Below, piece after piece: positions 1 through 14,300 of a stretch of DNA of 64,000 nt. The DNA is from Utricularia gibba (taxonomy: Eukaryota > Plantae > Magnoliophyta): positions 682,001 to 746,000 of the forward strand of contig NEEC01000018.1 of assembly GCA_002189035.1 (NCBI GenBank), written 5' to 3'. Each line of letters opens with the position of its first letter. Position 1 is the stretch's first letter. The notes below the pieces were generated by a model. It made no database searches and had not been told where the DNA came from. It saw nothing but the letters and a program-made list of their open reading frames with translations. The translations under genes and the position numbers were made by a program.

Positions 1-689
1 ACAAGGAGACAAAGAAGGTGAGTCAGGAAGAAATGAAACATTGGAGTTAAAAGACTACGTTTGAGGTATGTCTATGTTAGAGGCATCGAGACATTGTGGG
101 GACGGTGAAAGTTGGAATGGCAGGGGGTAGGGGGATAGAGTATATGTCCAGAGAGAAATAAAGTAGCATTGCCAAGACAATGTCCTACAAGGGAGCGAGA
201 GGTGTGGCAATACTTGTAGCGGGAGACAATGAGCTAGGCATAACTTGATAGGGAGAGGATCAAAAGCACATGGAGTCAACATGAAAAAAGAGGCCATGAG
301 ATCAGGACAAGAAGAGATAATTGGGTTTAGAGTGGTAATTCGAGAGGAGGAAGAGGGGAACCATCAGGGAGTGAAGAGGGGATAGTATAGGTGATAGGTA
401 CTTGAGGAGGCAAGGGGAGAATAGAGCTAGGTGAAGGAGAGAGATGATGTAGAGGTGACCTAGATAGCAATGAGATCATGAGAGATGGATTAATAAAGAA
501 GGGAGTCCATAGTTGAGTAGTGGAGGAGAGATTGTTGAGGGTTGGGTGATAGGGTTTATCATTGTATAATTTGACAATAAGTCATATTTCTGAGCAAGTA
601 GGTGGTGGAAAGGAGGGACTAGAAAATTTAAATGGGAATGTATTTTAATAAAAAATAACATGTTGAGAAAATGGATTTTTTATTTAAAA

Positions 690-3600
690 ATGAGCTACTA
701 TATATTACCTCTTAGTGAATCTAGAAAATGGATTTTCATTTAAGAAGCGGATATAACTTGAAGTACTTTTGCTTCCCTTGCTATTTCCATAATCACTATC
801 CAAGTAAGTAGAAATCATAAGATAGCTAATTTCCAAAATAAACAAAGTGAATATCATAATCTAGTATCTCTTTTACATACTGTATATTCTTTTTACTACT
901 AGAAAATGACTGATTTTTGGGGCTTTCATAAATCTAGATAGAATATTGATAATGTACGTGAGATCAAGCATTGTATGACCGAGATAGATAAAATTTCCAA
1001 CTAAACATCTATAAATTGTCACATCACATTCTACTTCCTCATGTGACTTGTTGTTCTGCAATATTTCTTTTGGTAGATGAAAATTCCTTTTTTTCAGATT
1101 AATGAACTTCCAAGCCAAGATAGAAATTCATTAGTTCAAGATCGTTCATCTGGAATTCTGAATTAAGGTGCACCTTGAGATCAAAGACAAGTGGCTTATT
1201 ATTTGAGGTAATCAACAGATCTTCTACATAGATACTGACTAATATCTTAGCTCCTTCTACTACTTTAAAAAACAATGTTCGCCCAATGTAAGTTTGTGTA
1301 AAACCTTTTTTTAAAAAAAATTGATTGATTCTCTCATTCCAAGCTCTTGATGCTTGTTTCGAACTATAAAAAGCTTTCTTTAATTTCAACACTTTGTACT
1401 CCTATTCCATTTTAACATAGCCTTCTAGCTACTCACAATAGACTGTTTCATTAAGCACTCTATTTAATTTTTTTTTTAATATTCATATGATGAATCTTCC
1501 AACCTTGATTTGTAGCCAATGCTAGTAGTAGTTTTACAATATCAAACCTAGCAATTAGTGCAAATACTTTACTATAATTCACACCATAGATTTGGGTGTA
1601 GCTCTTTGCTACAAGTAACTTTTAGCTTGTTCATTGATCCATCAGTATTTAACTTTATTATATATATATATATATCCATTTTAGACCAATCAATGAAGAA
1701 CACAAGTCAATGGGTATATTTACAAGTTTCGAGGTATCATTTTCCATAATCGAGTTCATATTACTATCCATTGAATGTTTCCATCTTGCATCTTGATTTG
1801 CTTCCACAAAGTTTGTTGGATTAGTGAGAATTATACATGAGGGAACATCAACAAATAGGGAGATGGTATCATTTGTAGTATATGATGTGTGTTGAAGTCT
1901 TTTATGATTGTTATCTCTTATATCATATAGGAGTTTTTTTTTCTTTTGATGTTAGGATGCCTGTCATAATCATCAAAATCATTGCTATCCCATTCAGTTG
2001 AATTCATTATGGTTTCCTTATCTTTTTCATTTTTAAAATTTCCTTGTGCTTCTGTGTTAGTCTCAAGACTATGATTTGTGGGTGAAAGAGGTACACTATT
2101 ATTACCAACCTAAAATGCAGTTTCTGATCTTTCAACTTAATTTCCAAATTGATCTTCAACTGTGAATACATAGTTTTGTATATTTTTTTCTATTTTTCTA
2201 CTACATTAAATTCATAAGTATTGGTTTCGAGTGCTCCCGAGTTTCCATTTTGTCCACTTGAAGTTTTTGTTGTATGGTGACCATTTGAAACACTATATGA
2301 CTAATCATGTATTTGATTTCCGATAATTTTGTGATCTGCAGAAACAGAATTTTGATTATTCTAGATATATTTTAATTTTTCATGAAAAATAAAATTTCTA
2401 TTAATAATTAGATTATTTGTTTGAGGAAAAAACACCCTATATTCTTTTGTTGTTGGAGTATATCCAACAAAAATTTCCATTTGGGCACATGAGTCAAGTT
2501 TGCATCTCAATTCTACAAGTATATGAGCATAACATATTGATCCAAATATTTTTAGGTGCCTAATGGTTATCTTTCTACTAGTCCATAGCTTAGATGTTGA
2601 CGTGCCATTTCGTACATAAGAAGGTAAGAGATTCAATTAGTAAATAATAAGAGTTGAAGCTGCTTCAATTCAAAATGACAAAAGTGGATTTTTTCAAACA
2701 AAAGATATCTTATCATTTTAATTATCGTACAATTTTTCCTTTCACTTACTTCGTTCTATTCTAGTGCATCAGAGATAGTTAAATAGTGAATAATTCTCTC
2801 ATTTTTGCAGTATAAGTCTAGAGCTTTAATGATATACTCAACTATTTTCAATAGTTAAAGATATACTCAACTTCATTGTTTGAATTCAAAATTTTCAGTT
2901 TTGCTCCATTTTGTTTCTCCACCATAGCCTTGAAATTTTTGAAAATCTCAACTATTTCAGATTTCATTTTCATAAAGTATATCCAGAAAAACCTTGTGCT
3001 TTCATCAATGTAGATTAAAAAATACTCATGCTCATTTAATGATGGTTCTTTGAATGGACCACACAAGTCCGTATGAACCAAAGCAACTTTTCTTCACTTC
3101 TTCTCACACCAAGTATGATTGGTATCTTAAGTGAATTTCTCATTGAACATATATCACACAATGTTCTGAAAATTTGATGTCTTTCAATTCCTCAACTTCT
3201 CCCTCCTTATGCAAGAGTTTGAGATTTATTATGCTACAATGCCCAAAACATTTATGCCATAGTTTTGAGTTTTCTGAAACTGAGTAAGTTATCTCATGAA
3301 TTCCAGCAGGCTTTATTTGATATAAATTTTTGGACATCCTTTCAGCTAGTAGTGAGGTTTTTTTTTTTTTTTTTTACCTCAAATCAGTGATGTTGATCCC
3401 TTTGCTCAATAGTTGCACCTTGAGATTTTGCAACTATCGTTGTCTCAAACTCAATAAGTTTTGAACAGTTTTTGGTGCATAGAAAACATCTTTAAGGACC
3501 TAAGTATCCTTTTTTTTACAAGTAGGTGAATTGTTCCTTTTTCAATGATTCTTATAGCATGACCTGTGTATCGTCACATATTTCTATCAAAAATCTTGCT

Positions 3601-4850
3601 AAGTTCACAAAAGTATTTGAGTTCAGTATATACATGACTTGTAGCTCCACTCCCTAGATACCAACCTTTTGGTGTTGTAGTTTGATGGGCCATCAAGGTG
3701 TATTCGACATCACACGTATCCAACAAAAGATTTTCTTTTCTTCAAATGAGGTAAATGGTATACTTTGATTTTCCATGGCTTTCTTATCAATGTTTTCAAA
3801 CTCAGACTTTTTCTTATCTTTGTTTGGACATACTCTTTCAACATGTTCCTTGAGTTTGCAAAGTATGCTTACTACATCACGGTGATACCAACAAGCATCT
3901 AATTTGTGATATGGTTTTGAGCAATATTTATATAATGCAGCATTTTTTATCCAACAATTTTTAGATACATGATTTGACTTCCCACATTTGCATGGATCAT
4001 ATTTTGGAAGAACACTTAAACAAGGTTTTTGTTTTTCCTTTGAAGTATGGTCAGTTGATCCTTTTGAAAAAAAAAATGGATTCACTTTTGAAATCTGTTG
4101 TTCCACGCTTTTTCGTGATTTGCATCCTTCGCTTTGATGATTGCAGCTCACCAATAAATTCTAAGAACTTCATTTCCTCTTTAAAATAAGTAAGTCTCCT
4201 CATCTACTCTTCCAGCTCAGTAGCACAAAGCTTGGCCTCAAACCTCTCGGGTAAGCTCATCATGGCCTTTTCTATTACCTTTGAGTCAGACAAGTCCTCT
4301 CCCAAAGCATGAATATCACTTACTAGTTTTGAAGTTCAGTCAAAATATTGCTTGAGATTTTCAGAGTCTAACATCTCATTCCTTTCAAATTCTTTCATTA
4401 AACTCCTTGTATACTTTTGCATCATGTCACCACCAAGTCTTTGAGATTGTTCCATATTTCTTTAGGTGTCTTGCAATCCACAATCTTTTCAAACACATCA
4501 TTAGAGAGGGCTGAGTGTTGACCGCAATGGCATTATGCTTGCTTTTTTCAAAGGTTTCTAACTTCTTGAGTTCACTAATAGAAAGTTTATTTGAAATAAA
4601 GGGTTAAATTATTTCTTTTTCAATCACTGACCAATGTCTCTTGCACTTTAACACATGAATACTTTTTTTCACCCATTGAGAGTACTTTTCCCCAGTGAAG
4701 ATAGGAACTTGAGTCCTTGCTAGACCATAGTGTGCCAGCTTGAGGCAACAAAGAAACACAAAAAAAAAAAAAAGTTATAGGAAACTTAGCTACTTCTAGG
4801 TATAGAGAACTTTGATATGCTCCCATACCATGTTATATTACCAAGTATAA
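690..4850 (-). mobile_element. Degenerate Ty1/copia LTR retrotransposon (gag, zinc knuckle, protease, GAG-pre-integrase, integrase, RT, start of RNase H); many stops and frameshifts
   Basis: Minus-strand fragments occur in copia order: gag near 4200-4600 (DVFEKIVDCKTPKEIW, KVIEKAMMSLPERFEAKL), CCHC knuckles (3693-4154), GAG-pre-integrase LWHKCFGH (3140-3337), integrase VHTDLCGP (2848-3081) and HLKIFGSICYAH (2361-2636), RT LKKAFYSSKQASRAW and SIYVEDLLI (1099-1392), YRCLVGNFIYLGHT (873-1118), and an RNase H start (DSDYG..KSTSSY) near 750-830. LTR ends were not resolved. Confidence 0.92.
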
Positions 4851-5876
4851 AACATTTGAAAAGGATTGATGAAAAAGATGAAAAAAGAAATGAATTTGAC
4901 CAATAAAAGTCACTACCTTCATAATATTTGTGAGAGTGTATAATTTCTTATAAAAATGACTATCTTTAAATTATATATATATTAAAAATTAAATTATATT
5001 TTTTTATTAAAATAAACTGATAATAATACTATTAAGTTTTATATATATAACAATCAAATTTGATAAGATATAATTTTTCGAAAACATCAATTACTACAAA
5101 AATATTTAAATATCTAAAAGTTTTCTATAACTTTTCATCTTAATATTTGTTTATAAAATATGATAAAGTCTTTCTAAAATATTAATTCGAATAAATTTGT
5201 TATTATGCATATAAATAATTATCAAACTTATGTTTTTTTGAATAATGAACGATGATTACATTATATTTTTAATCTGATTCTTTTTGTTAAAAAACATATA
5301 TTTATTAGAAATAATACAATAACAAAATATAAAATGCATATCTTGTGATACTTATATATATTGATATAATATAGAATATATAATAGAATGTTTATTAAAA
5401 ACTATTTATTTATGTTTATATATAAAATACAATAGAAAAATTGTATAAAAAAATTTATTGTTTTTTTTTTCTAAATTAGAGTATGGCCAATTTTTAACCA
5501 AATTCACACATGAAAAATTTTCTCACACACAACTGTAGAAGATCTAAGGTTCAGACAGACTGTTTGAACATGATCCACGTTTATTAAAATATATTTTTTT
5601 TCTAATGAATTAATTCCAAATGATTTGGGTTATCTAATTAATCATATAATTAAATTATTTACGTTCTGATAAAAAAAATATATTATATGATTAAAAATTA
5701 AAATATATTGATTGTTAAATGTCATTTTCTAGTTATTATGTGTTAATTATGTATTAAGTCACCCAATTAGGAATTATTGATGACAAATTGATTTTCCTTA
5801 GAAAATCTCTATTTTCCTATTTTGTATATATTTTCTATTTTTTTTCTCACAGTTTGATTGAGACATGTAAGGAGAC

Positions 5877-6718
5877 TGTCATGGAGTGTTGTAGGTGGTC
5901 AGACTCTGAGTTTTCGTGCCTTGTACGCGAGTTGGAACGATTGTGGGCGGAAGACTGACACTGGTCAAGGCCCTTGACTTACGGCATGTCAGAGTCTGCA
6001 GAAATGATTGGGCGCAAACTTGCACGCAAAGAAAAGCTGCTGGCGCACGTAAGACAGAAAGAATGATGGGAAAGGGACTCAAAGGAATTAATGCACGTGA
6101 GAAGTGATATAAAAGTCACTTGGAACACTTAGTTTCGGATTTTTGCCATTTCCTTTCTAGACTTAAAACTTTTGAGTTCTTCCTTCCCTTCAAGGAGGAA
6201 GAACACTTAGTTTCCAATTTCGTTTCTGTTTTAATGGCCCTTTGTGGCTAAAAACCTTTAGTTTTTGGGAAGTAGATGAGGTTTCCTTCCAAGTCCTGAG
6301 CAATACACTCGGTTCTTCGCTGAATTGATTTAGGATTCTGCATACTTCCATGCGCTTTGTTGCAGTCTTTCTGTAACGACTCCTAGTCAAGGTCCATGAG
6401 TAGCACGCCACTTCTCGCGGATTTTGATAAAGATCAAGGTGAATAGCACCAACTCCAACCCTGCTGGTTCGAGGGAAGTAGTGAATTGTTTGTGGCCTAG
6501 GTACCTGCCACTGGCCATTGGCAACAGCTGGGTACACGACTATTCTTTGCTCCTATAATCAGTTATTCGGAAGAAATCAGTGAAAACCGAGGAAAGGACG
6601 GACAAAGGAAGGAGATAGAATCTTATTCCCATGAACTGCGTACCGTAGTTAAGGCCATCACTTATGTTGTAACTTTTATTTTTGCATCTTAAAAACTCTC
6701 TTTTACAAAACCGTGACA
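5877..6718. mobile_element. Putative solo LTR or other inserted GC-richer segment (~840 bp)
   Basis: Abruptly GC-richer block in very AT-rich DNA. It starts TGTCATGG (5877) and ends CCGTGACA (6711-6718), an imperfect inverted terminus (7/8) with TG...CA ends. An internal TATA-like GATATAAAAG lies near 6106. No matching TSD, PBS or PPT was seen. Confidence 0.4.
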
Positions 6719-8080
6719 TTTTGTGAAAGTTTTTTTCAAACACTTTTCACGAAAAACAACTCCTTGAGATCGATAATCGTACTACGCTTTTTGTGTTTTA
6801 CGTTTTATATATATTTAAAATTTATTGAGAAAACGACACGCAACATGGATGTAACATTTTACAAATTTATGTCTAAAATAATATTATGTATTATAAATGC
6901 GTGGACTTTATGATAATTAATAATAAAAGTTAATTATATATTTTATTCTCATTTACATTTAATTTTTCAATGTTGAAAATTTTCCAAATCAATTGAAACG
7001 ACCTTCTCCTTCAAAAAACATGCAAAGATTCCAGCTTTTTTTATTTAGGTTGGAACATTACGATCTTTACTATTTTTACCATGTTTTAATCATGTTTTCT
7101 TGACAAGTTCATATTTTATGCCAAGATTTTATTATAGAATATCATGGCTTTAGTCTTTATATTTGTATTTTTGACATATGCTATTTTTTTTAATGCAATA
7201 TAGCTTCTATTTTGATGTACCATGAGTCGACGAAATAACGGGATAAGGCTCATGTCCATGTTTTCTCTAACAAATGCACCCATCTAGAGGTTAGGAGATG
7301 CTTATTTCAATATAATTGCAAGTATATCTATTGGAACTATTCTTTCATTTGATTTTGTGCTTCATGTTATCTAGAATAGAAATAATTTTGAGATTATGAA
7401 AAGGTTTTCTAAGAATATAAAATTATATTACAGAATTTCATATTTTAATTACATATTGTAAAGTTTAATATATAAAATTATTATAGAAGTTAATGTGATG
7501 ATATATATGTATATATATTTTAAGCATGTAAAAAGTGAATAATAACTTTTTAATGAATTACTATAATAAAGATTCAATAAATTTAAAATTTATTAAGTTA
7601 ATATCAGAATTTGTATTTTTTTATTTTACTATAAAACACGAAAAGATTAGAATTTACAAAAATTAAACCAAATTACTTCAATAATATACCCATGGTATTT
7701 TATCTTATTGTGATATTCAATTCAGAAATTAATCTACACAATTTTCAATAATAAACAAATCTTATTACTGATTGTCAATGAGAAACTTTAGTGCTCACTT
7801 GAATATGTGACAAAAAAAAGTCAACCACAAAAATTTCATGATCAAAAACAAAAATATCACTTGATTAGACAACTTCATGTGAAAAATTAGTTTCAAACAA
7901 TATATTGTTGAATGCCTTATTCTTGTTATGTGAACACGTATGTTGAAAAATATGCCTTTATAAAGTATACGTTGTTTCAAATAACAACATAATTAATATT
8001 TTAAACAAATTGTAGCATTAATGTTTTTATATGAAAATTCTTTTAAATGGCATTAAATGCATGCCATTTAATCAAGTAGA

Positions 8081-9645
8081 TGAGAAGACTAACATGTGGG
8101 CTTATGTTGAATCGTCTTTGTAATTATTATTTAGTGGGCTCTAGATTAATGTATAATCCCATAATGTAATATAAATGTCTTGACCCTTGCATAAAGGCAA
8201 AATAATGCGGTAGTATTATGAAGGTACAACAAAAATATCGTATTCTTTAATACTAGTATCTTTGCTATTTTTAATCTTCTACATGATTTCAGAACAGATG
8301 ATTTGAAGTGTTATGTAAAAGAAATATAATAGAAAATGGCGATGTAAATGTAGTATGGGTCTATCTCATGTCATCTGATCTTTGTGGATCATTTCGGTGG
8401 AAAATCAATATGAGAATACATCTAAAGTCAAGGAACTAGTAAACTTTATCAAAAGAGAGGTACCGCAAACTATCCTTGGAGAAAACCTTCTCATGACATG
8501 ATCAAAGTACACTTTTTCTGAAAAATGTTCGGATTTGGATCAAGCTCAAAGAAATGTATGAGGGAGGAGACAAGTTGAGGAAGATCATGTGCAGTAGTAA
8601 GCTTGAAGACTATGAAATGAACTTTATGTTGGAAATAGAAACAATACAAGAATACTATGAGAGAACGCTAAGACTTGTGAATGAAATTTTAGCCTTAGTG
8701 GGTGATCTATCTAACAACAAGATTATAGAGAAAGCTATTGTGAGTCTGCTAAGGAAGTTTGAAGCCAAATTATATGGAATGAAGACAGTTGGAACTGTAA
8801 TGAAGATGCTATCTAATTATGATGAAAAAGTTAAGAGAATGTCATTTTTTAACTTCATTATTGAACTGCAAGCACCAGAAAAAAAATATCTATGAGAAGA
8901 AATAGCATCCATTAAAGTAAAACTATAGATTGAGGTATTTTTTATGAATATTCAAAAAATAAAGAAAAAAATGTAATCCTGGGAATATATTCAAATAGTG
9001 ACTACAACCAAAATTAAGATTCAAAAAGTACAATTAATTATACATGTTACTCAATAATTATCCCATTGCATAGTACATTAAAAAAATTTATAATAATACA
9101 ATCCACAACAGAACAAAAAAAAACCAATGTCTCTATATGTGGATAATCAAGCAGCAATTGCCATTGTAAAAGACATTTTGGAAGAGCAAAATACATTTGG
9201 ATTAAATATCACATGATGTGGGAGTATGTGAAAAAGAGAGATGTGATTCATTTTTGTAGAGAGTGGAAAACAATGAGCAGATGCTTTCACTAAGTCTTTG
9301 GGAAAATCAGAGCTTTAGATGTTCAAAATTGAGATTAGGTTGATAGATTTGCAAGAATTCAATTGAAACAACAAATAACGATAAGGGGACTGAAGGAGAG
9401 GATCCTCTAAATTATGAGGGAGATGAGAAGACTAATATATAAGTTTGTGTTGTCTCATCTTAGTAATTATTATTTGATACACTTTAGATAGATGGACAAC
9501 TCAATAATGTAATATGAATGCCTTAATGCTTGTATAAATAAAAAATGCATACCCATGGTAAAACAATATGACAATATTATGAAGATAGAAGAAAAATATC
9601 ATCTTCACTAATATTGTTGTCTTTTTCTATTTTCAATTTTCTACA
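8081..9645 (+). mobile_element. Internally deleted (non-autonomous) copia element: 5' LTR 8081-8283, degenerate PBS, gag fragment joined to RNase H tail, PPT, 3' LTR 9424-9645
   Basis: Both LTRs begin TGAGAAGACTAA and end TCTACA. TGATTTCAGAAC (8284-8295) resembles the tRNA-iMet PBS TGGTATCAGAGC. The gag ORF 8554-8895 reads KIIEKAIVSLLRKFEAKL. An RNase H tail (LYVDNQAAIAI, ADAFTKSLG) lies near 9130-9310, and purine-rich GAGGGAGA precedes the 3' LTR. The LTRs are visibly diverged and no TSD was seen. Confidence 0.85.
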
Positions 9646-9689
9646 AACCGCACAATACCATGTGATTCCATCCCTCGTTTTTAACACAC

Positions 9690-11167
9690 TGTTGAGGAAA
9701 AGATAGAAGCCTACACTATCGGCTAATTCATTTATAAATATGTATAGATTGATTCATGGTCAATGTATGTGACTGTTGCAATTGAGGTTAGAGTAAGAGT
9801 CTCTCTGTATTATTCTCTGTAAGGATTTTAATTAAAGAATTACAAGTCTCTTCTCCGAACAGATCTCGCGTTCTAACATGGTATCAAAGCTTCTCATTTG
9901 AAATCCTCTTACTCCCTTTGCTGCTTTCTTCTCGTCTATTCATTTCTTCTTTTTGTGACTGTGATTGATGCTGCTGATTTTGCAAAGCAGCTAATTGCCG
10001 CTTTGTGTAATGCTAGCAGCCCATCATTGGCACTATCGCCTTATGAATCCCTCTCACGTCACTTCTCCCTACTACTTATCACCAGGAGATACATGAGAAG
10101 TCTTACTCACCACCACCCACCTTAATGGAGACAACTATGCTACTTAGGCAAAAAGTGTTCGCCTAGGGTTATTGACTCACAATAAATTGGGGTTCATCGA
10201 TGACACCATTCTTGAGCCTCCTCCCTCATATCCACTTCATCGCCATTGGGCTCGTTGTAACGATTTGCTGGTGGCTTGGTTTATTCATTGTATAGAGCTT
10301 ATGATCTTCTCCTCTATATTTTTCAAGACTAATGCCCATGACATCTTGGTTAGTCTTGAGAAGCGATGGTCGCATCCCTCATCTAATGGCATCTTTCAAC
10401 TTCAATAGGATCTAGATGTTCTCTCCCAAGACTTTAAGTATGTGGACATCCTTAATACAAAATACACAACTCTCTTGGCTGAGCTTGAGCACTATCATCC
10501 CCTACCTTCTTGTTCATGTGGTCAATGCACTTCTGAATGTTTTAAGAAATTTCATCACCAATGTAGGGATGATCAGGTCTATAAATTTCTTGCTATGCTC
10601 AATCTATAATACGGGGCAATCTATTCACAGATTCTTATGAACTCACTATTGCATTCATTGGAAGAAGTCTTCAATGTTGTTTATCAAGAATAAAAGTGCC
10701 TATCCAAACCGGTTTTACAACTGTCTAACTGCTCATCACTACTCGGCCAATCCCACATTCAATCGCCACCTGTTAAGCAGTCACACCAGCAACGCAAGAA
10801 GTTCAAGTGCATTCATGGTGACTTAGAGAACCACACCATCGACCAATGCTACAAGATTATTGGTTATCCTAAGAATCCGCAACTCAAGAAAGGTGCAAGA
10901 GCCCCTTCCAACAACATTGCTATTTAAAGTTCTTTGTAGGAGCAGTCTATAGATGACTCCTCTCTAGCAATGATCCTTAATGAACAATTAACTGCTCTTC
11001 TAAACCACTTCTAGCAGACATCATCCACAACCACCTCTACAACTTCACTGGGTTTGGATCAAACTACTGTGGATTTTTCTGGTACATACCTATCAGCGTT
11101 ACCTAAAGTTTTCATTATGAATTTATCTAGTAGCTCTTCTTCCACTTGGGTCATTGATTCGGGAGGA
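9690..11167 (+). mobile_element. 3'-truncated copia element of a second family: LTR 9690-9878, PBS 9879-9890, degenerate gag up to the protease start
   Basis: LTR TGTTGA...TCTAACA is followed immediately by TGGTATCAAAGC. The gag reads LNGDNYAT*AK, NKLGFIDD and WARCNDLLVAW, with knuckle KCIHG..NHTIDQCYKIIGYP. The protease start STWVIDSG lies near 11145-11165, then the element breaks off abruptly. Confidence 0.9.
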
Positions 11168-11317
11168 GTGAATATATGTCTGGGAATTTGAAGCCAAACT
11201 ATGTGGAATGAAGGCAGTAGAAATTATAATAAAGATGTTATCTAATTATGATGAGAAAGTTAAGAGAATGTCATTCTTGAAATTGAGTATTGAACGACAA
11301 GCATCGGAAAAAAAATG

Positions 11318-14300
11318 GCTTCATTATCAAAATACATATTTGAAATATATATATTTGTAAAATGTCTAAGGTAATATAAAGGTTAATAAAATACATGTGT
11401 TCTATGGGTATGTCAATATTGCAGTAGAATCTTATCATAAGAGTGAATATGAGTAATAGTGAATTGAATTATAAAATCACTTTATCAACTTTTATTAAAG
11501 TTGAATGGAGTTATACCTCCCTCCTCCAATATCAATTCCTTCTTCCTACTTTCCTCTTCAGTAGCTTTTAGATTTCAGATTTCCTTCTTACTGTTTTCTC
11601 CCTCCCCCCCTCCTCCGGTATTCCTATCAATGCTCTTGTGATTCCTCCTCTTTCATTTTTCTTGTTTTCTCCACCTCCAATCCAAACATCACATTCAGTT
11701 ACCAGAATCTCAAACCAATGCCCAAAGCTACAATCAAATTCTACGTTGAAGGGCTCATATTGGGTGATTCAACAATGCACCATGCGTATCCTTCATAACC
11801 GGTAAAAATTTTAGTGGTGAAATGAAACAATTTTTGGAGTAAGCTAGGAAGACTATTGAAAGTGAGTTAGGAATCAAAGTGGATGGTGATAATGTTCAAT
11901 GATGTGCCAAGCCTCTCATTCATTATGGACTCCAATAGATCTGATTCGGTATTGAAATATTAATCTTGCAACATAGCTCAATAGGTTGTTTATCATTATC
12001 TTACGTAGGTTAGTATTTGATTTTGATTCCTATGAATTTTATATACTTTTTTATAAATTTGAAAAAAAACAACTAATTTGTATTTATAGAATTTTTTGTA
12101 GTATTTAACTTTTTAAATAATGACTATTTCACATGTATTTCTTTTTTATTGGTTTTAGTTGTAATACGAAAATTTAATTATTTCTTTAATTCATAATTAT
12201 TTAAAAATATTTTTACTCATTTGATTGGTTGTTAATCATAATAATATTTTTTTTAAAATTATAAATAAGTAGAAGTAGTTTAAATGCATTAATCTTATTA
12301 TAAACTTAGAAGCTTGATTATTATGATTTTTTCTACGATTGAAAATTAGCATATAACTTGTTATAATAAAATATTAATTATAAATTTATTGGTAATGATT
12401 TGATTACTTTCAATACTTTACAAATTGATTTAGAGGTCTAAACATTTAATATTTAACGATTATTCTTTGAAAAGATTGCAGTATCCATTCCTCGACAATA
12501 CACAATATCCACATTAATATGATTAAATACAATATCTTCAAAACTTCGACAATTGCAATTTTTAAAATCCGTAAGAAGAATTCAACCCATTTGAAATTCC
12601 TTATCAGCCCTATCATTTTTCGTAAGGTATAAAATGATTTTATACATAAGAATTATGAATTTGAAAGTATAATCTATATTATCGATTTCAAATCTTTCAT
12701 CGGTTTTAGGCTTGAGCCCTCAATTTTTGATTGATCCCAACTATTACACGTCTTCCAATATGAAACTTGACATGGACTATCAATATGAAACTTGTCATTC
12801 TAGTCATGATCATTTCTTTAATTATTATGACTAAGGTAGGGATTATGACTATCAAGATAACTCCCACGTCTTCCCAGTTGGAGATGACTATCAAGATATA
12901 CCTGTTAGCCTAGATTTTGAAGAGGCTGTTGCTGAATTAGCGGTTGAAGATTTACTTGACTTGCCTCCGAACATTGAAATCCATGGGACATATGTAGGAG
13001 CCCCCTTATTAATTCAAAAAGAGGACGAACTAAATGTTTATGTTGATTCAATGGATGCATTCATACCGGAGATTATTACGATGAGAGAACCTGAATTTTT
13101 CGGTAGGGTATGACACTAAAGGATCTTAACACTGCTCAGTGAAAATACAGAACATACAAAAGCGATAAGTATCAGTATGAGGTGATTTGTCTGCAGACTT
13201 ATAATGAGAAGGAGTATTGCATGTTTGAGCTCAAAGCAACTTATCAAAAGAGATTAGGGATATGGAAGATAACAAACCTGATAGCATCTACCCACGCCAA
13301 CCTAAACATCCAATATGTTGTCCTCGGCTTATTCCGTATCTAAGTCCAAAGTTAACGATTGTAGGTGTTCAATGTATCATTAAGGAACTATTCACCTATG
13401 ATATACCTAAGTGACATAGTTGGGCTTGCATGTATCAGGCCTATGAACTCCATTATGACATATGGCAGGCTTTTTATGCCCAACTACTTGTCTATCTTGA
13501 AGAAGTTTAGAAGCAGAATCCAAGAACACTGGTGATATGGGGATATGAGGCTCATTTTCATGATAATCATCTCTTGAAGTAGATTTTCTGGGCTTTTGAC
13601 TTTTCAATAAAAGCTTTCATGCATTGTCAACTAATCATGTACATTAATACTATGCACTTATATGGTAGTTATGACTACAAGTTACTTGTTGCAGTTGCTA
13701 TTGATGCAAGTAACCATGTAGTCCCATTGGGATATGCATTCGTGCATGTTGAAAATACTGAGGATTGGATCTGGTTTATGGAGCAATGGGTTTGATATGT
13801 AATCAATGGAAGAACAAGAGAATGCATTATTAGTGATCGTGGATCTGGATTACTTGCCCTACTGATTTCCCAATTTATTAGATGTGGGATCATGACTATG
13901 AATCATGTAGAGGCCTTGAATGGAGCATTATGAGACGCCCGTTGTTTGCCTCCAATGGCTATTGCAAAGGTGAAAACTTTTAACACTTATAGATTTATAT
14001 CAACTAATTAGCATGGCAAGTCACCTTGAAAAAGGATAGATATATTTTGAACAATACAGGGCAGAAGCACTGGCAAAGAGATCAGCTGACTGAACTTTTG
14101 ATGACAAAGTGATGAGGCCTACAAGACAGCATCAAGACTAGTACCTCAACTAAACTACACTATATATGATGAATGAATGCATAAGATAGATGTCAAATTA
14201 GAGACCAATTGTATCATTGAAACTTGAAGGCTAAGAGCTGAAGCCAACACTGCGATTGCAGTGTGTGGCAATTAGACTGATATCCTTGTAATCATGCCAA

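Noticed and set aside
1-660. Strongly purine-skewed (GA-rich) segment with faint resemblance to LINE endonuclease or RT motifs (KETK, GARGVAILV; TPCAFDPLP on the minus strand)
   Set aside because: Motif spacing does not fit any family I can name and all frames have stops. It is probably a retroelement remnant cut by the window edge, but it is not assignable.
8043-8071. 11-bp perfect inverted repeat TTAAATGGCAT/ATGCCATTTAA next to the 5' LTR
   Set aside because: It is short and AT-rich with no TSD or family context; chance or a tiny remnant.
9210-9225. TCCCACATCA on the minus strand, similar to the plant snRNA upstream sequence element (also near 16785)
   Set aside because: It lies within copia RNase H-derived sequence, and no snRNA, 7SL or telomerase RNA sequence follows.
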